Origin: Chitinophagaceae bacterium
GTDB lineage: Bacteria > Bacteroidota > Bacteroidia > Chitinophagales > Chitinophagaceae
DNA: 46,105 nt
Direction of reading: 5' to 3'
Assembly (NCBI GenBank): GCA_025359725.1
Contig: JANYEX010000075.1
Span: 1-46,105 of the forward strand
A program made the position numbers and the translations under genes. The notes beneath the pieces were generated by a model. That model was not told the DNA's origin and did no database searches. It saw nothing but the letters and a program-made list of their open reading frames with translations. This document shows positions 6,691 to 16,718 of this stretch, one piece after another. The number at the start of each line of letters is the position of its first letter. Position 1 is the stretch's first letter.

Positions 6691-9609
6691 TTTAACCAGT
6701 GCCTCATACAGCACCTCAACAGGGTGTAATGCTTTTTTGTGAGCACCATCCTTTATCTGGTGGCGGCAACTTGTACCCGGGGCAGCAATAATTATACTGT
6801 CGGGTTGTTTGCGCACAAAAGGCATCAATACCAGCTCACTTACCTGCACTGATAACTCGTAATGTTCCTTCTCGTACCCAAAAGAACCCGCCATTCCGCA
6901 GCAGCCCGAAGGAATAGTTTCTACGGTATAGTTGGTAGGGAAAGATAACACCTTAACGGTATTGCTCAACGCCCCAACGGCTTTCTGCTGGCAATGTCCG
7001 TGTAGTTTTATCTCCTTAGAAGCTGTAGTAAACTGTTCCTTTTTGATGTTGCCCTTATCAATTTCATTGGCGATGAATTCATCAATCATAAACACATGGT
7101 TCGATAATTCAACCGCTTTTTTGTACAGTTCTTCGTCAACTAAATCGGGGTATTCATCCCTGAAAGATAATATTGCCGAAGGCTCAATACCTAGCAAAGG
7201 CTTATCGGCACTCACCAACGGATGTAATAATTGAACGTTGCCATTGGCGAATACTTTGGCCTTCTTCAATAACCCCTTAGACATTGGCGCACGACCACTA
7301 TCCAAATGGTAAGGGATAATAACCTGATAGCCCAAATGCTCCAATAAAAGGATTGCCTTAATACCTATTGGCGTATCGTTGAAATTGGTGAACTCGTCGC
7401 AGAAAAGATAAACCGTTTTGCTATCCGTCTTTTCTTTAACGCCCTTTTGTCTCTTTTCATCCCAATGTAACAGCGTTTCGTTGTGCAACAACGGCATAGA
7501 CCTTTCTGGTGCAAACCCGATAACCTTTTTGATAGTCTTGCTGATAAAAGGTTGCTTCATCATGAAGTTATAGATACCAGGCGAAATAGAACCAAACTTT
7601 GCAGCGGTACTAAAGTTGGCAATCAGTAAAGACCTGAACGGCACGCCATTCGCATCGTGGTAGTGCTGTAAAAACTCAGCTTTAAGCTTAGCCATATCCA
7701 CATTGGATGGACATTCGGACTTGCAACCCTTACAACTAAGGCATAAGTCCATCACTTCCTTAATCTCTTTATGGTTAAAACGATTGGTCTGCGTAGAATT
7801 TGTTAAGAACTCTCGCAAAATATTCGCCCTAGCCCTTGTAGTGTCTTTTTCATTGCGAGTAGCCATAAAAGATGGGCACATGGTTCCGCCACTCAACTCC
7901 GTTTTTCTGCAATCGCCTGAGCCATTACATTGCTCGGCATGTTGCAATACATCTTGGTTGTGATACCTAAAGTACGTTTTAAACGCAGGGGTTTGTTGCC
8001 CCGGCACATAGCGCAACATGGTGTCCATTGGCGGGGTATCTACAATTTTGTTTGGATTGAAGATATTATTTGGATCGAAGGTTTTCTTTACTTCTTTAAG
8101 TAAATCATAGTTCTTCTCCCCTACCATTTGCTTAATAAACTCGCCACGCAAACGACCATCGCCATGTTCTCCACTCAAAGAGCCTTTATATTTCTTGACC
8201 AAAGTAGCTATCTCTTCGGCAATCTTCCTGAATTGTTTGTTACCCTCAACAGTCTTCAGATTGATGATTGGGCGAAGGTGTATTTCCCCACTTCCAGCAT
8301 GGGCGTAGTGCACGGAATACAGATTGTCCTTTGCCAATATTTCATTAAATTCACGGATGAAAGCAGGTAAATCATTCACATCCACGGCAGTATCTTCAAT
8401 AACAGGCACCGCTTTTTCATCACCAGGAAGGTTACTTAATAAACCTAGACCAGCTTTGCGCAAGCTCCAAATCTTCTTGCTATCAGCCCCATATAACAAA
8501 GGAAAATGGTAACCCAAATTGCTAGCCCGCATGTCGGCTTCTACTTCTTTGCAAATTGCCGCTATATCTTCACGGTTATCCCTACAAAACTCAATCACCA
8601 AAATAGCACCTGGGTCACCTTGTACAAAGAACCTGTTTTTACTTTGTTCAATGTTGTCTTTTGTACACTCGAGAATATAATGATCTATTAATTCGCTAGC
8701 ACTAGGTTTGTATTTTAATCCGATAAGGTTTGCACGTAACGCTTCGTCAATACTATTAAAATGTACACAAAGCAACCCTACTTCCTTAGGTGGCAATGGG
8801 TTTACATGTAGTTTTATTTCCGTCAGGAAAGCCAATGTCCCCTCTGAGCCAGCAATCAATTTACAGAAATTAAAGTCTTCAGTGCCTGCCGTAAACGGTG
8901 CGGTTTCCAGCAACATATCTACCGCATATCCTGTATTCCTTCTTTCTACCGATTTCTTAGGAAACTCTCTGCGAATTTCTTCCTGCGTTTCATAATTACT
9001 CAACAGGCTACGGACTTTCTTGTAAATAGTTCCTTCCAAAGTATCCAATTCGCATTTGGCATGAAAGTCATCTATGTTCAATGCACCAAATACCACCTTA
9101 CTTCCATCACTTAGGATGGCGTTCACTTCCAACAAATGCTCCCTCGTACTTCTATAAACCACAGAGTTGGAACCGCAAGAGTTGTTGCCCACCATTCCGC
9201 CTATCATCGCCCTGTTGGCAGTAGAAGTTTCGGGGCCAAAGAACAAACCGTATGGTTTAAGGAACATATTCAACTCATCACGAATAACGCCCGGTTGAAC
9301 CCGAACCCAATGTTCTTCCTTATTTAGTTCAAGAATTTTGGTAAAGTGTTTGGAAACATCTACAATAATCCCATTCCCAACCACCTGTCCCGCCAAAGAA
9401 GTACCCGCAGTACGAGGTATTACCGAAGTCTTATTCTTTGCGGCAAATTGTATCAATGCCAATATATCTTCCTCATCTTTTGGGATGGCAACAGCAAGCG
9501 GCATCTCTCGGTATGCCGACGCATCGGTTGCGTAGAGTGTACGTATTGTATTATCGGTAAATAAATCCCCTTTTAGTTTACTCCTCAGTTGCTTAAAATC
9601 AATTGCCAT
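6682..9609 (-). CDS. FAD-binding, Fe-S cluster oxidoreductase (GlcD/D-lactate dehydrogenase-like fused to a GlcF/CCG domain)
   Basis: YATDASAY, RTAGTSLAGQ, GSEGTL, SGEHGDG, CNGSGDC, CLSCKGCKSECP, HGHCQQ, CCGMAGSFG. Confidence 0.93.
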   Translation of the reverse strand: MAIDFKQLRSKLKGDLFTDNTIRTLYATDASAYREMPLAVAIPKDEEDILALIQFAAKNKTSVIPRTAGTSLAGQVVGNGIIVDVSKHFTKILELNKEEHWVRVQPGVIRDELNMFLKPYGLFFGPETSTANRAMIGGMVGNNSCGSNSVVYRSTREHLLEVNAILSDGSKVVFGALNIDDFHAKCELDTLEGTIYKKVRSLLSNYETQEEIRREFPKKSVERRNTGYAVDMLLETAPFTAGTEDFNFCKLIAGSEGTLAFLTEIKLHVNPLPPKEVGLLCVHFNSIDEALRANLIGLKYKPSASELIDHYILECTKDNIEQSKNRFFVQGDPGAILVIEFCRDNREDIAAICKEVEADMRASNLGYHFPLLYGADSKKIWSLRKAGLGLLSNLPGDEKAVPVIEDTAVDVNDLPAFIREFNEILAKDNLYSVHYAHAGSGEIHLRPIINLKTVEGNKQFRKIAEEIATLVKKYKGSLSGEHGDGRLRGEFIKQMVGEKNYDLLKEVKKTFDPNNIFNPNKIVDTPPMDTMLRYVPGQQTPAFKTYFRYHNQDVLQHAEQCNGSGDCRKTELSGGTMCPSFMATRNEKDTTRARANILREFLTNSTQTNRFNHKEIKEVMDLCLSCKGCKSECPSNVDMAKLKAEFLQHYHDANGVPFRSLLIANFSTAAKFGSISPGIYNFMMKQPFISKTIKKVIGFAPERSMPLLHNETLLHWDEKRQKGVKEKTDSKTVYLFCDEFTNFNDTPIGIKAILLLEHLGYQVIIPYHLDSGRAPMSKGLLKKAKVFANGNVQLLHPLVSADKPLLGIEPSAILSFRDEYPDLVDEELYKKAVELSNHVFMIDEFIANEIDKGNIKKEQFTTASKEIKLHGHCQQKAVGALSNTVKVLSFPTNYTVETIPSGCCGMAGSFGYEKEHYELSVQVSELVLMPFVRKQPDSIIIAAPGTSCRHQIKDGAHKKALHPVEVLYEALVKKS

Positions 9610-9629
9610 CCTTTTCCGTTTGAAGAATG

Positions 9630-9637
9630 CAAATGTA
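9630..9637 (-). promoter_or_regulatory. -7 promoter element for the FAD oxidoreductase
   Basis: TACATTTG on the minus strand, about 20 bp upstream of the ATG. Confidence 0.65.
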
Positions 9638-9662
9638 AATGAACATAAAGAGATATGCGATA

Positions 9663-9950
9663 TTAGATATTAGTTAAGGAATGTTCCTGCCTGATATCAG
9701 AAATATCTATGCAACAGCCGCAAAGCCCCTTAGAATCTTTTGAAATAGAAAAATAGTCTAAGGCACTTTTATAGTATTCTATAGACAGTTAGTGGTTTTC
9801 TAGAACATTATATATATCGCCTAAGCTTAGTTTTATTTGTATTAAAGCTAATATATCATTGCTTTTACTGGTAATTTTGATTGCTTCATTAAAATTTGCA
9901 ATAGCATTTGTAATATCCCCAATTCCAATCCTTACTAAAGCTTTTTGTTC
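9663..9950 (-). pseudogene. Tetratricopeptide-repeat protein remnant
   Basis: EQKALVRIGIGDITNAIANFNEAIKI...LSLGDIYNVLENH*LSIEYYKSALDYF: TPR-like helices with an in-frame TAA at 9789-9791 and no intact start. Confidence 0.6.
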
Positions 9951-10036
9951 TCATAAGCAAACCTTACAGAAAATAGAGGGATAGAAAAGTGATATAACTG
10001 TAATTCATTGGCAATAATTTATAAATTCTGAAAGAA

Positions 10037-10309
10037 TGACCTCGTGCTTTTCTATTTTGTATCACAACATTGCCGCAATGTAGTGATACATTACTGCAAA
10101 AGCAGACTACAATGGTGTGTTGTAGTGCTTCAAAAGCCCTTTGTGGCACTATTTTACAGCTTTTATCCACCTCATCATTGCTTTGTTGGACTATTAAGAC
10201 CCTTTTTACAACCATTTCAATCCATTTACTAACCAAAACACCGTTGTAACCTCGTGCTTTTTCATTTTGTATCACTACATTGCGGCAATGTATCACTACA
10301 TTATAGGAA
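10037..10309. repeat. Degenerate 21-bp-period array with a 63-bp direct repeat at 210-bp offset
   Basis: TGT starts in register at 10058, 10079, 10121, 10142, 10184, 10268 and 10289; 10037-10099 resembles 10247-10309; hairpin at 10058-10090. Confidence 0.75.
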
Positions 10310-10560
10310 ACTCGTAGCATCTCGGAAGAAAATGAGACAAAAAATAGAAAGAACTGTTTATATTTTCTTAAAAAGGACTTTCTTTTTTTCTTTTTAAGAC
10401 ATACAAGGGAACTCTATTATATGGCGTTGTGGGATTATATATACTTGTTACACCTATCACATTCAGGTTTGTAACACGTGTTTTTTCTTTCAACACATAG
10501 ATTCATAAAAATCATAGCTTAGGGTTTGTTTCTATTTTCCCTTCCTGCTATGTTTCTATT

Positions 10561-10722
10561 TATTTAAATTTTTCTTTTGCTGCAAATTAGACGTTTAGTA
10601 TAGATGGTAAACTATACGAAGGAAGAGGATTCTTCCCCGACATCCTTATTGCATTTTATATAACTGAACTGCAAAAGGGAATCGACCTTCAAGTTGAAAA
10701 AGCAGTAAGTTTAGTTCATTAA
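10561..10722 (+). pseudogene. C-terminal remnant of an S41-family peptidase
   Basis: FSFAAN*TFSIDGKLYEGRGFFPDILI...LQKGIDLQVEKAVSLVH* resembles the S41 C-terminal DG..YEG.G..PD...D.QLEKA pattern; in-frame TAG at 10588-10590. Confidence 0.55.
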
Positions 10723-10730
10723 TATGCTAC

Positions 10731-10777
10731 AATAAAAAAAGGCATAAGGAAATTAAATCCCTTATGCCTTTTTTATT
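10731..10777. terminator. Bidirectional intrinsic terminator downstream of the TonB-dependent receptor
   Basis: AAAAAAAGGCATAAGG / CCTTATGCCTTTTTT stem with A/T tails on both sides. Confidence 0.85.
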
Positions 10778-10791
10778 TATAAAACTAATCT

Positions 10792-13653
10792 TTAGAAGAT
10801 AAAAGACAACTTAGAGAACAACCTCATACCATTATAACCCATTTGAACAGCATCGAATGGGCCACCAGATTCGCTATCGCCCCAAGAACTAGAGCCGGTG
10901 TCTAAACTTACAGAACCAGGTACAACAGCCTTGTCTGGGTGTACATTGAAGATGTTGTCTGCACCTAAAGTAGCAGAAACAATCTTTGAGATTTTGTACG
11001 ACACATACAAATCAGTAGTTACTTTAGCTTTAAAGTCGAATATTTCAGGTACAACTTGACCAGTCTTATCCAAAGTTACATAAGGGAAATATTGGTCTGG
11101 GGCAGTAGTAGGAGCAGATGTTTCGCCGAATCCTAAAGTTTTTAAACCTCCAAAATAAGTAATATGAGTTCCAACTGTAAATTTATTGTAGCCATACTCA
11201 AGATTCAATGAGAATTTAGATTTTGGCGCACTTGCAGTTAAGAAATATTGTTCCCTGTCTGAGAAGAAAGTAGCACTGTCATAACCAGAACCAGAGAAAG
11301 TAGTAGGAACATTTACTTTATTGATTTTAATATTTTGTAAGTTGCCCGCTAGCAATGCTCTAAAATGATTTATACCCCAATTTTTTGAATAGTCAATTAC
11401 AATATCAACGCCGTTGTTAGTAGTGTTAACTGCGTTAGCAAAAAACTGAGCATACTGTATTCCTTGAGCCGCTAAAGCCGTATTTAAAGGAACTCCCAAA
11501 GTAGGATCACCCGCAGCATATTGCCCAGATATAACAACTCTGTCTTTAATGTCGATAGTGTAACCATCAACAGTAATTGTTAGGTCTTTAGTAGGTTTCC
11601 ATGAGAATCCTAGACTAGCATTGGTTGAAGTTTCTTGTTTAAGAGCGGGGATGCCTGCTGCTTTTGCAATAGAAGAATAATTAGGAACCAATTTAGCATA
11701 AACAAGATTTCCACCAACAATATTTGTATTTGTATTGCTAAAGTTAATTTGTTGTAAGGTAGGAGCACGGAAACCAGTACTAACCGAACCACGCACATTG
11801 AAATTGTCTGTTAGTTTATAGCGAGAAGCTACTTTTTGTGTTGCTACAAAGCCAAAATCAGAGTAGTTTTCAAATCTTTGTGCCAAATCCAATAACCACT
11901 TCTTTGTAATATCCAAGGATATATCTACATAAGCACCAACGTTTGTACGACTAGCATTGGTTGCGTCACTAGGTTGATACCCAGGATAACCTTCTGAACC
12001 TGATGCTTTGTTTGTGCCATCGGGCAGAGTAGCACCACCAGCTAAATACGAATCTGGTTCACCAGCATATAATTTATAATTTTCATACCTGAATTCACTA
12101 CCAAACGAAAGAGTAAGTCCTTCTGCAACTGAGCTAAAATGTTTGGTCAAGTCGAAGTTAGCTGTGCTTTGTAAGAAACTAAATCCCCCATCGTCAAAAC
12201 GTGTTTTGGTAGCTTGTCTTGGCAAAGGCAATGATGCATTAAAGGTTTGGTTTCCCCAATAATGAAAATCGTTGTAACCTAGGTTGTTGCTCAAATCCCA
12301 ATCCCAGTCGTTACCAAATGTACCTTTGAAGCCTAGAGCAAAAGAACCATCTTTAATGTAAACATCTTCTTGAGGGTTATAATAAACATTGTTTGTATCT
12401 AAAACACCTTTAGTAGGGTCATACACCTTCATGATTCCTGGAACAAATATCAAATTACCATTTGCATCTGTAGGGAATTTAGTTGGCTGAGAACGGTGAG
12501 GATTACCCCAGCTACGTGTCCAAGCATAAACATTAGAATGTTTATAGTTGTATCCACCGAAAGAATAAAAGGTTGTTTTTGTTCCTGACAAAGGAATTTC
12601 TAGGTTATACATTCCACCACCAGATGTAACGCTTCCATCACCAAAAGCCCTTCTCCAAACGTCTATTGGTAAGGCGTTAGCGTTGGTAGATATGTTGGTG
12701 TCTGGTACTGCGCGGAAGGTTTTGCCCTGATCCATAAAGTTCACACCAAAATTAATAAACCCACCATTCTTACCTATTGGCAACCCATAATTTACCCCTA
12801 AAGTAAATGTTTTTCCATCTATTTGGTTTCCTGTGTAGAATTGGCTAGGATCTACACTATTAAGTGTGTTGTATTTATGATCGTCATATCCACTCCAGCC
12901 AGCATTAACAGATAATTTTTTAATATCTTTCTTCAGGATGATATTTATTACACCTGCCATCGCATCAGAACCATATTGTGCAGAAGCACCGTCACGCAAT
13001 ATTTCTACCTTATCTATTGCAGCCTCTGGTATGGCGTTTAAATCTGTACCGCTATTGCCACGACCGCGAGTACCTACTTCATTTACAAATGCAGATAAGT
13101 GGCGACGTTTACCATTGATAAGAACCAACGTTTGGTCGAAGCCTAAACCTCTTAGGCTAGCAAAGTCGATAGCATCGGAACCATCACCACCGCTTTGTTT
13201 GTTATAGTTAAAAGAAGGAACAGCCATATTTAGTTGGCTCATCAAATCGGGCTTTGCAGTTGTCTGCCCCGCCTGGTTTACATTTATTACATCAATGGGA
13301 ACGGGAGAATCTGTTTTTACCCTTCCACCACGGCGACTTCCCACCATTACTACTTCCTTTAATTCTACCGCACTTGTTTCAAGTGCAATAGTAAGGCTTG
13401 TAGTTGCATTTGTCACATGCACTTTCTTAATGATAAAGCCAATACCACTAATTTCTAAATCGTCAATGGAAGCTACGGATACCGTAAAACCACCATCTTT
13501 GTCTGTGACGATGCCCGATTTGCTCGACTTAACTTTTACAACCACGCCCTCTACAGGTGTGCCATTGCTTGTTACTACACCATTGATTTTTGTTTTTTGT
13601 GCAAACAAAGTACTAGCTCCTAAAAGCAATAAAAATGTGAAGAGTTTTCTCAT
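10792..13653 (-). CDS. TonB-dependent receptor with N-terminal CarboxypepD_reg-like extension
   Basis: Signal peptide; plug motifs LRGLGFDQTLVLINGKRRH and VEILRDGASAQYGSDAMAGVINIILK; STGFRAPTL; C-terminal Phe. Confidence 0.95.
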   Translation of the reverse strand: MRKLFTFLLLLGASTLFAQKTKINGVVTSNGTPVEGVVVKVKSSKSGIVTDKDGGFTVSVASIDDLEISGIGFIIKKVHVTNATTSLTIALETSAVELKEVVMVGSRRGGRVKTDSPVPIDVINVNQAGQTTAKPDLMSQLNMAVPSFNYNKQSGGDGSDAIDFASLRGLGFDQTLVLINGKRRHLSAFVNEVGTRGRGNSGTDLNAIPEAAIDKVEILRDGASAQYGSDAMAGVINIILKKDIKKLSVNAGWSGYDDHKYNTLNSVDPSQFYTGNQIDGKTFTLGVNYGLPIGKNGGFINFGVNFMDQGKTFRAVPDTNISTNANALPIDVWRRAFGDGSVTSGGGMYNLEIPLSGTKTTFYSFGGYNYKHSNVYAWTRSWGNPHRSQPTKFPTDANGNLIFVPGIMKVYDPTKGVLDTNNVYYNPQEDVYIKDGSFALGFKGTFGNDWDWDLSNNLGYNDFHYWGNQTFNASLPLPRQATKTRFDDGGFSFLQSTANFDLTKHFSSVAEGLTLSFGSEFRYENYKLYAGEPDSYLAGGATLPDGTNKASGSEGYPGYQPSDATNASRTNVGAYVDISLDITKKWLLDLAQRFENYSDFGFVATQKVASRYKLTDNFNVRGSVSTGFRAPTLQQINFSNTNTNIVGGNLVYAKLVPNYSSIAKAAGIPALKQETSTNASLGFSWKPTKDLTITVDGYTIDIKDRVVISGQYAAGDPTLGVPLNTALAAQGIQYAQFFANAVNTTNNGVDIVIDYSKNWGINHFRALLAGNLQNIKINKVNVPTTFSGSGYDSATFFSDREQYFLTASAPKSKFSLNLEYGYNKFTVGTHITYFGGLKTLGFGETSAPTTAPDQYFPYVTLDKTGQVVPEIFDFKAKVTTDLYVSYKISKIVSATLGADNIFNVHPDKAVVPGSVSLDTGSSSWGDSESGGPFDAVQMGYNGMRLFSKLSFIF

Positions 13654-13852
13654 TAAAAATGTTTTAATATTAAGTTTAGATAAAGTTGAAGTGGTAAAAT
13701 ACAGACTTTCTGTTAATTTTAGCCAAAAGCAACATTTTTAATAAGACATTCAAAAAGATTTTTTGTTGCAGCAGCGTTAATATTTCTTAAGCAAGTGCCG
13801 TTTATTAGCATGCCACCACCATTTACATACTGCTTTTGGGCAAGGCAGTTAT

Positions 13853-13860
13853 TATATTTG
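13853..13860 (+). promoter_or_regulatory. -7 promoter element for the APC permease
   Basis: TATATTTG. Confidence 0.6.
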
Positions 13861-13893
13861 CCATATTAGTTTTTTATCTATTCAAATTTATAC

Positions 13894-15198
13894 GTGGGCA
13901 ATTTAATGAAGAGACAACTTGGTATCCCTACAGCTATTGCCCTAGTAATAGCCAATATGATTGGTAGTGGTATCTATACAAGCCTTGGTTTTCAGGTAAG
14001 CAATATGCAAAGCTTATTTAGCGTGTTGATGCTTTGGGTGGTTGGAGGTATTATAGCTATCTGTGGTGCTTTGGTTTATGGAGAACTCGGCGCTGCCTTT
14101 CCTAACAATGGTGGCGAATACAACTTCCTTAAAAAATTGTATAATCCCCTCTTGGGTTTTTTGGCAGGATGGGTTTCTGCCTTTGTAGGCTTTGCCGCTC
14201 CTGTTGCAGCAGTATCAATTGCTTTGGGCAATTACCTTCATAGTATTTTTCCTATGTTACCTATTCTTGGTACAGGGCTTGGAATGCTGGCATTAATCAC
14301 AGCAATCCACTCTTGGCATGTAATTGTTGGCAGTAAGTTTCAGCAATTAGCTACCATTGCCAACCTCTGCATCATCTGTTTCCTGATTGTTGCAGGCTTT
14401 CTCACTAAGGCACACCATCATATTGATGTCTCGCCTTCTACCCATGCTTGGAAAGAAATATTTACTAGTCCTTTCTTTGGGGTGAATCTTTATTGGGTTT
14501 CCTATGCTTACACTGGCTGGAACGCCGCTTCGTACATAGCTGGCGAAATGAAAAATCCCGAAAAGAAACTACCTATTGCCCTTATTGCAGGAACTGGCAT
14601 TGTCACTATTTTATACGTACTGCTCAATTGGGCTTTCCTTCATGCCGCCCCAGTTGATGCCTTGAAAGGTCAGCTGGAAGTTGGCTTTGTCGCTGCCCAA
14701 TTTATGTTTGGTAAAATTGGTGCTTCGCTAATGGCTATCATTATTTCTATTTCTTTGGTAAGTACTATCAGTGCTATGACCTTTGCTGGCCCAAGAGTAA
14801 GTGCCTGCTTGCAGGATGAAGTTCCCAAACTTTCTTTTCTTGCTCTTACCAATAAACACGGATCGCCTTCTTTTGCCATCATTACCCAATCTCTTGTTGC
14901 CGCTGTTCTTGTTTTGATCAATCAGTTTCAGTTTGTAATAGACCTTATCGGGTTTACCCTCACCCTTTCTACAAGCCTTACAGTATTTGGCATCTTCAAA
15001 CTACGTAAAAGTTTCCCTTCTAAGCCTTATTCTTACAAAACCTGGGGTTATCCATTTACCCCAATACTTTTTCTTACTATCAATGCCTGGATATTATTCT
15101 ATGGCTTTACCCTTAAGCCGTGGGTTAGTCTTTATGGGTTATTATTAATTTTGGCAGGGGTTATTGTCTATTTGGTGTGGGGCAAACGAAGACTATAG
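13894..15198 (+). CDS. APC-superfamily amino acid permease
   Basis: MIGSGIY, YGELGAAFPNNGGEY, YAYTGWN, GEMKNPEK; multiple TM helices. Alternative ATG start at 13906. Confidence 0.92.
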   Translation: MGNLMKRQLGIPTAIALVIANMIGSGIYTSLGFQVSNMQSLFSVLMLWVVGGIIAICGALVYGELGAAFPNNGGEYNFLKKLYNPLLGFLAGWVSAFVGFAAPVAAVSIALGNYLHSIFPMLPILGTGLGMLALITAIHSWHVIVGSKFQQLATIANLCIICFLIVAGFLTKAHHHIDVSPSTHAWKEIFTSPFFGVNLYWVSYAYTGWNAASYIAGEMKNPEKKLPIALIAGTGIVTILYVLLNWAFLHAAPVDALKGQLEVGFVAAQFMFGKIGASLMAIIISISLVSTISAMTFAGPRVSACLQDEVPKLSFLALTNKHGSPSFAIITQSLVAAVLVLINQFQFVIDLIGFTLTLSTSLTVFGIFKLRKSFPSKPYSYKTWGYPFTPILFLTINAWILFYGFTLKPWVSLYGLLLILAGVIVYLVWGKRRL

Positions 15199-15356
15199 TA
15201 TTGCTTCAGAGGTAGGAAAATTATAGGGAAATAAGCAAAGATTTCCTGAGCATCCTTATTATGCTTGGCAGTAACAGTAAAGTATTGTTACAGCGAGATA
15301 TTGGATGTCTTTTCTGCGGATATAGGAGGTAATCATAGTGTGTTGTAAACATAAAC

Positions 15357-15394
15357 AAACAGCCCTTGAAGAACTTTCTTCAAGGGCTGTTTTT
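15357..15394. terminator. Intrinsic terminator between the convergent permease and manC
   Basis: Perfect 16-bp stem AAACAGCCCTTGAAGA / TCTTCAAGGGCTGTTT. Confidence 0.85.
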
Positions 15395-15416
15395 ACTTCA
15401 GTAACTAATTATCCAA

Positions 15417-16505
15417 CTATAAATACTTATCGCCTTTGGCACGTTTTACTTCGGCTACATATTCTTTGATAGCTTGTTCTTTTTCTTTTTTACAGATAAG
15501 CAAAGCATCGGGAGTGTCTATAACAATAAAATCATCCAAGCCTTGTAATACCAATAATTTATTTGCAGGCGCACTAACCATACATTTAGAAGCATCTATG
15601 ATAACTACATTCTCACTGGCAACTGCATTACCCAAAGAATCTTTTTCTAGGTTATCATAAGCACTTGTCCATGTACCCAAATCTGTCCAACCAAACGAAG
15701 AAGGGATTACGAAAACATTCTCTGCTTTTTCCATAAGGGCAACATCCACAGCCACATTCTTACAAAGCGGATAGATACGGTCTATCGCTTCTTTTTCGGC
15801 AGGGGTATTAAGGTTGTGCTTTTCGGCATCAAATAACTCGAAAGTATCTAGGTCATATTTTTCAAATCCATCTACCACATCCTTTGCTTTCCAGATAAAG
15901 ATGCCACCATTCCATAAGAAATCACCGCTATCTAAAAACTTTTTCGCAATCTCTAGACTAGGTTTTTCAGTAAATGTCTTTACACGGAAAATCTCATCAC
16001 CAGCATCTGTATCCTGATCAAATTGTATATAACCATAACCAGTGTTAGGATAGGTAGGTTGGATGCCTAAGGTAACAAAAGCAGTGTTTTTACTTACAAA
16101 GTCTAACGCCTTCTTGGTAATATTAATAAAAGTTTCTGTGTCCGCAATCATGTGATCGCTTGGGGCAACAACAAGGCAGGCATTAGGATTCTTTTGTAAT
16201 AACTTAAAAGAGATATAAGCCACACAAGGAGCCGTATTCTTGCGACTAGGTTCTGCAATAATGTTCTCTACAGGAATATCGGGCAGTTGTTCTGCACAGA
16301 TATGACTGTACTCGGCAGCAGTAACTACGTAAATATTTTCTTTAGGAACAAATTGAGCAAAGCGTTCGTAAGTCCACTGGATTAGACTTTTGCCTGTATT
16401 CAAAATATCTAAAAACTGCTTTGGATAGCCGGTGCGGCTTTGAGGCCAAAAACGACTACCGATTCCTCCAGCCATAATGGCAACGTAATAATTTGGATTG
16501 TTCAT
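15417..16505 (-). CDS. manC: Mannose-1-phosphate guanylyltransferase
   Basis: IMAGGIGSRFWPQSR..PKQF, EPSRKNTAP, PSDH, TGYGYI, FTEKP, WTDLGTW. Confidence 0.93.
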   Translation of the reverse strand: MNNPNYYVAIMAGGIGSRFWPQSRTGYPKQFLDILNTGKSLIQWTYERFAQFVPKENIYVVTAAEYSHICAEQLPDIPVENIIAEPSRKNTAPCVAYISFKLLQKNPNACLVVAPSDHMIADTETFINITKKALDFVSKNTAFVTLGIQPTYPNTGYGYIQFDQDTDAGDEIFRVKTFTEKPSLEIAKKFLDSGDFLWNGGIFIWKAKDVVDGFEKYDLDTFELFDAEKHNLNTPAEKEAIDRIYPLCKNVAVDVALMEKAENVFVIPSSFGWTDLGTWTSAYDNLEKDSLGNAVASENVVIIDASKCMVSAPANKLLVLQGLDDFIVIDTPDALLICKKEKEQAIKEYVAEVKRAKGDKYL

Positions 16506-16538
16506 TTTTTTAAGTTGATGTTTAATTTAATTAATATT

Positions 16539-16546
16539 CAAATGTA
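16539..16546 (-). promoter_or_regulatory. -7 promoter element for manC
   Basis: TACATTTG on the minus strand. Confidence 0.6.
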
Positions 16547-16718
16547 AGGGTTAAACGATATGGCAAAATACTTTTTATGCTAACGATAAATTAATCCTGT
16601 TATTGCATTTAATATTGAAAAAATGGTTAGCAAAGAGATAATTGAAAATTGATAATTGACAATGGATACTGGTTGCCAAAACCTGTAATTAGAATCTTAT
16701 AACCCGAGTTTTGAATTC

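Noticed and set aside
9964-10320. 118-aa minus ORF with repeated NVVIQN.KARG
   Set aside because: Explained by the 21-bp/210-bp DNA repeat; no family motif; not called as a CDS.
13654-13850. Riboswitch (cobalamin/TPP) upstream of the TonB receptor
   Set aside because: The region is short and AT-rich, and no conserved aptamer motifs are visible.
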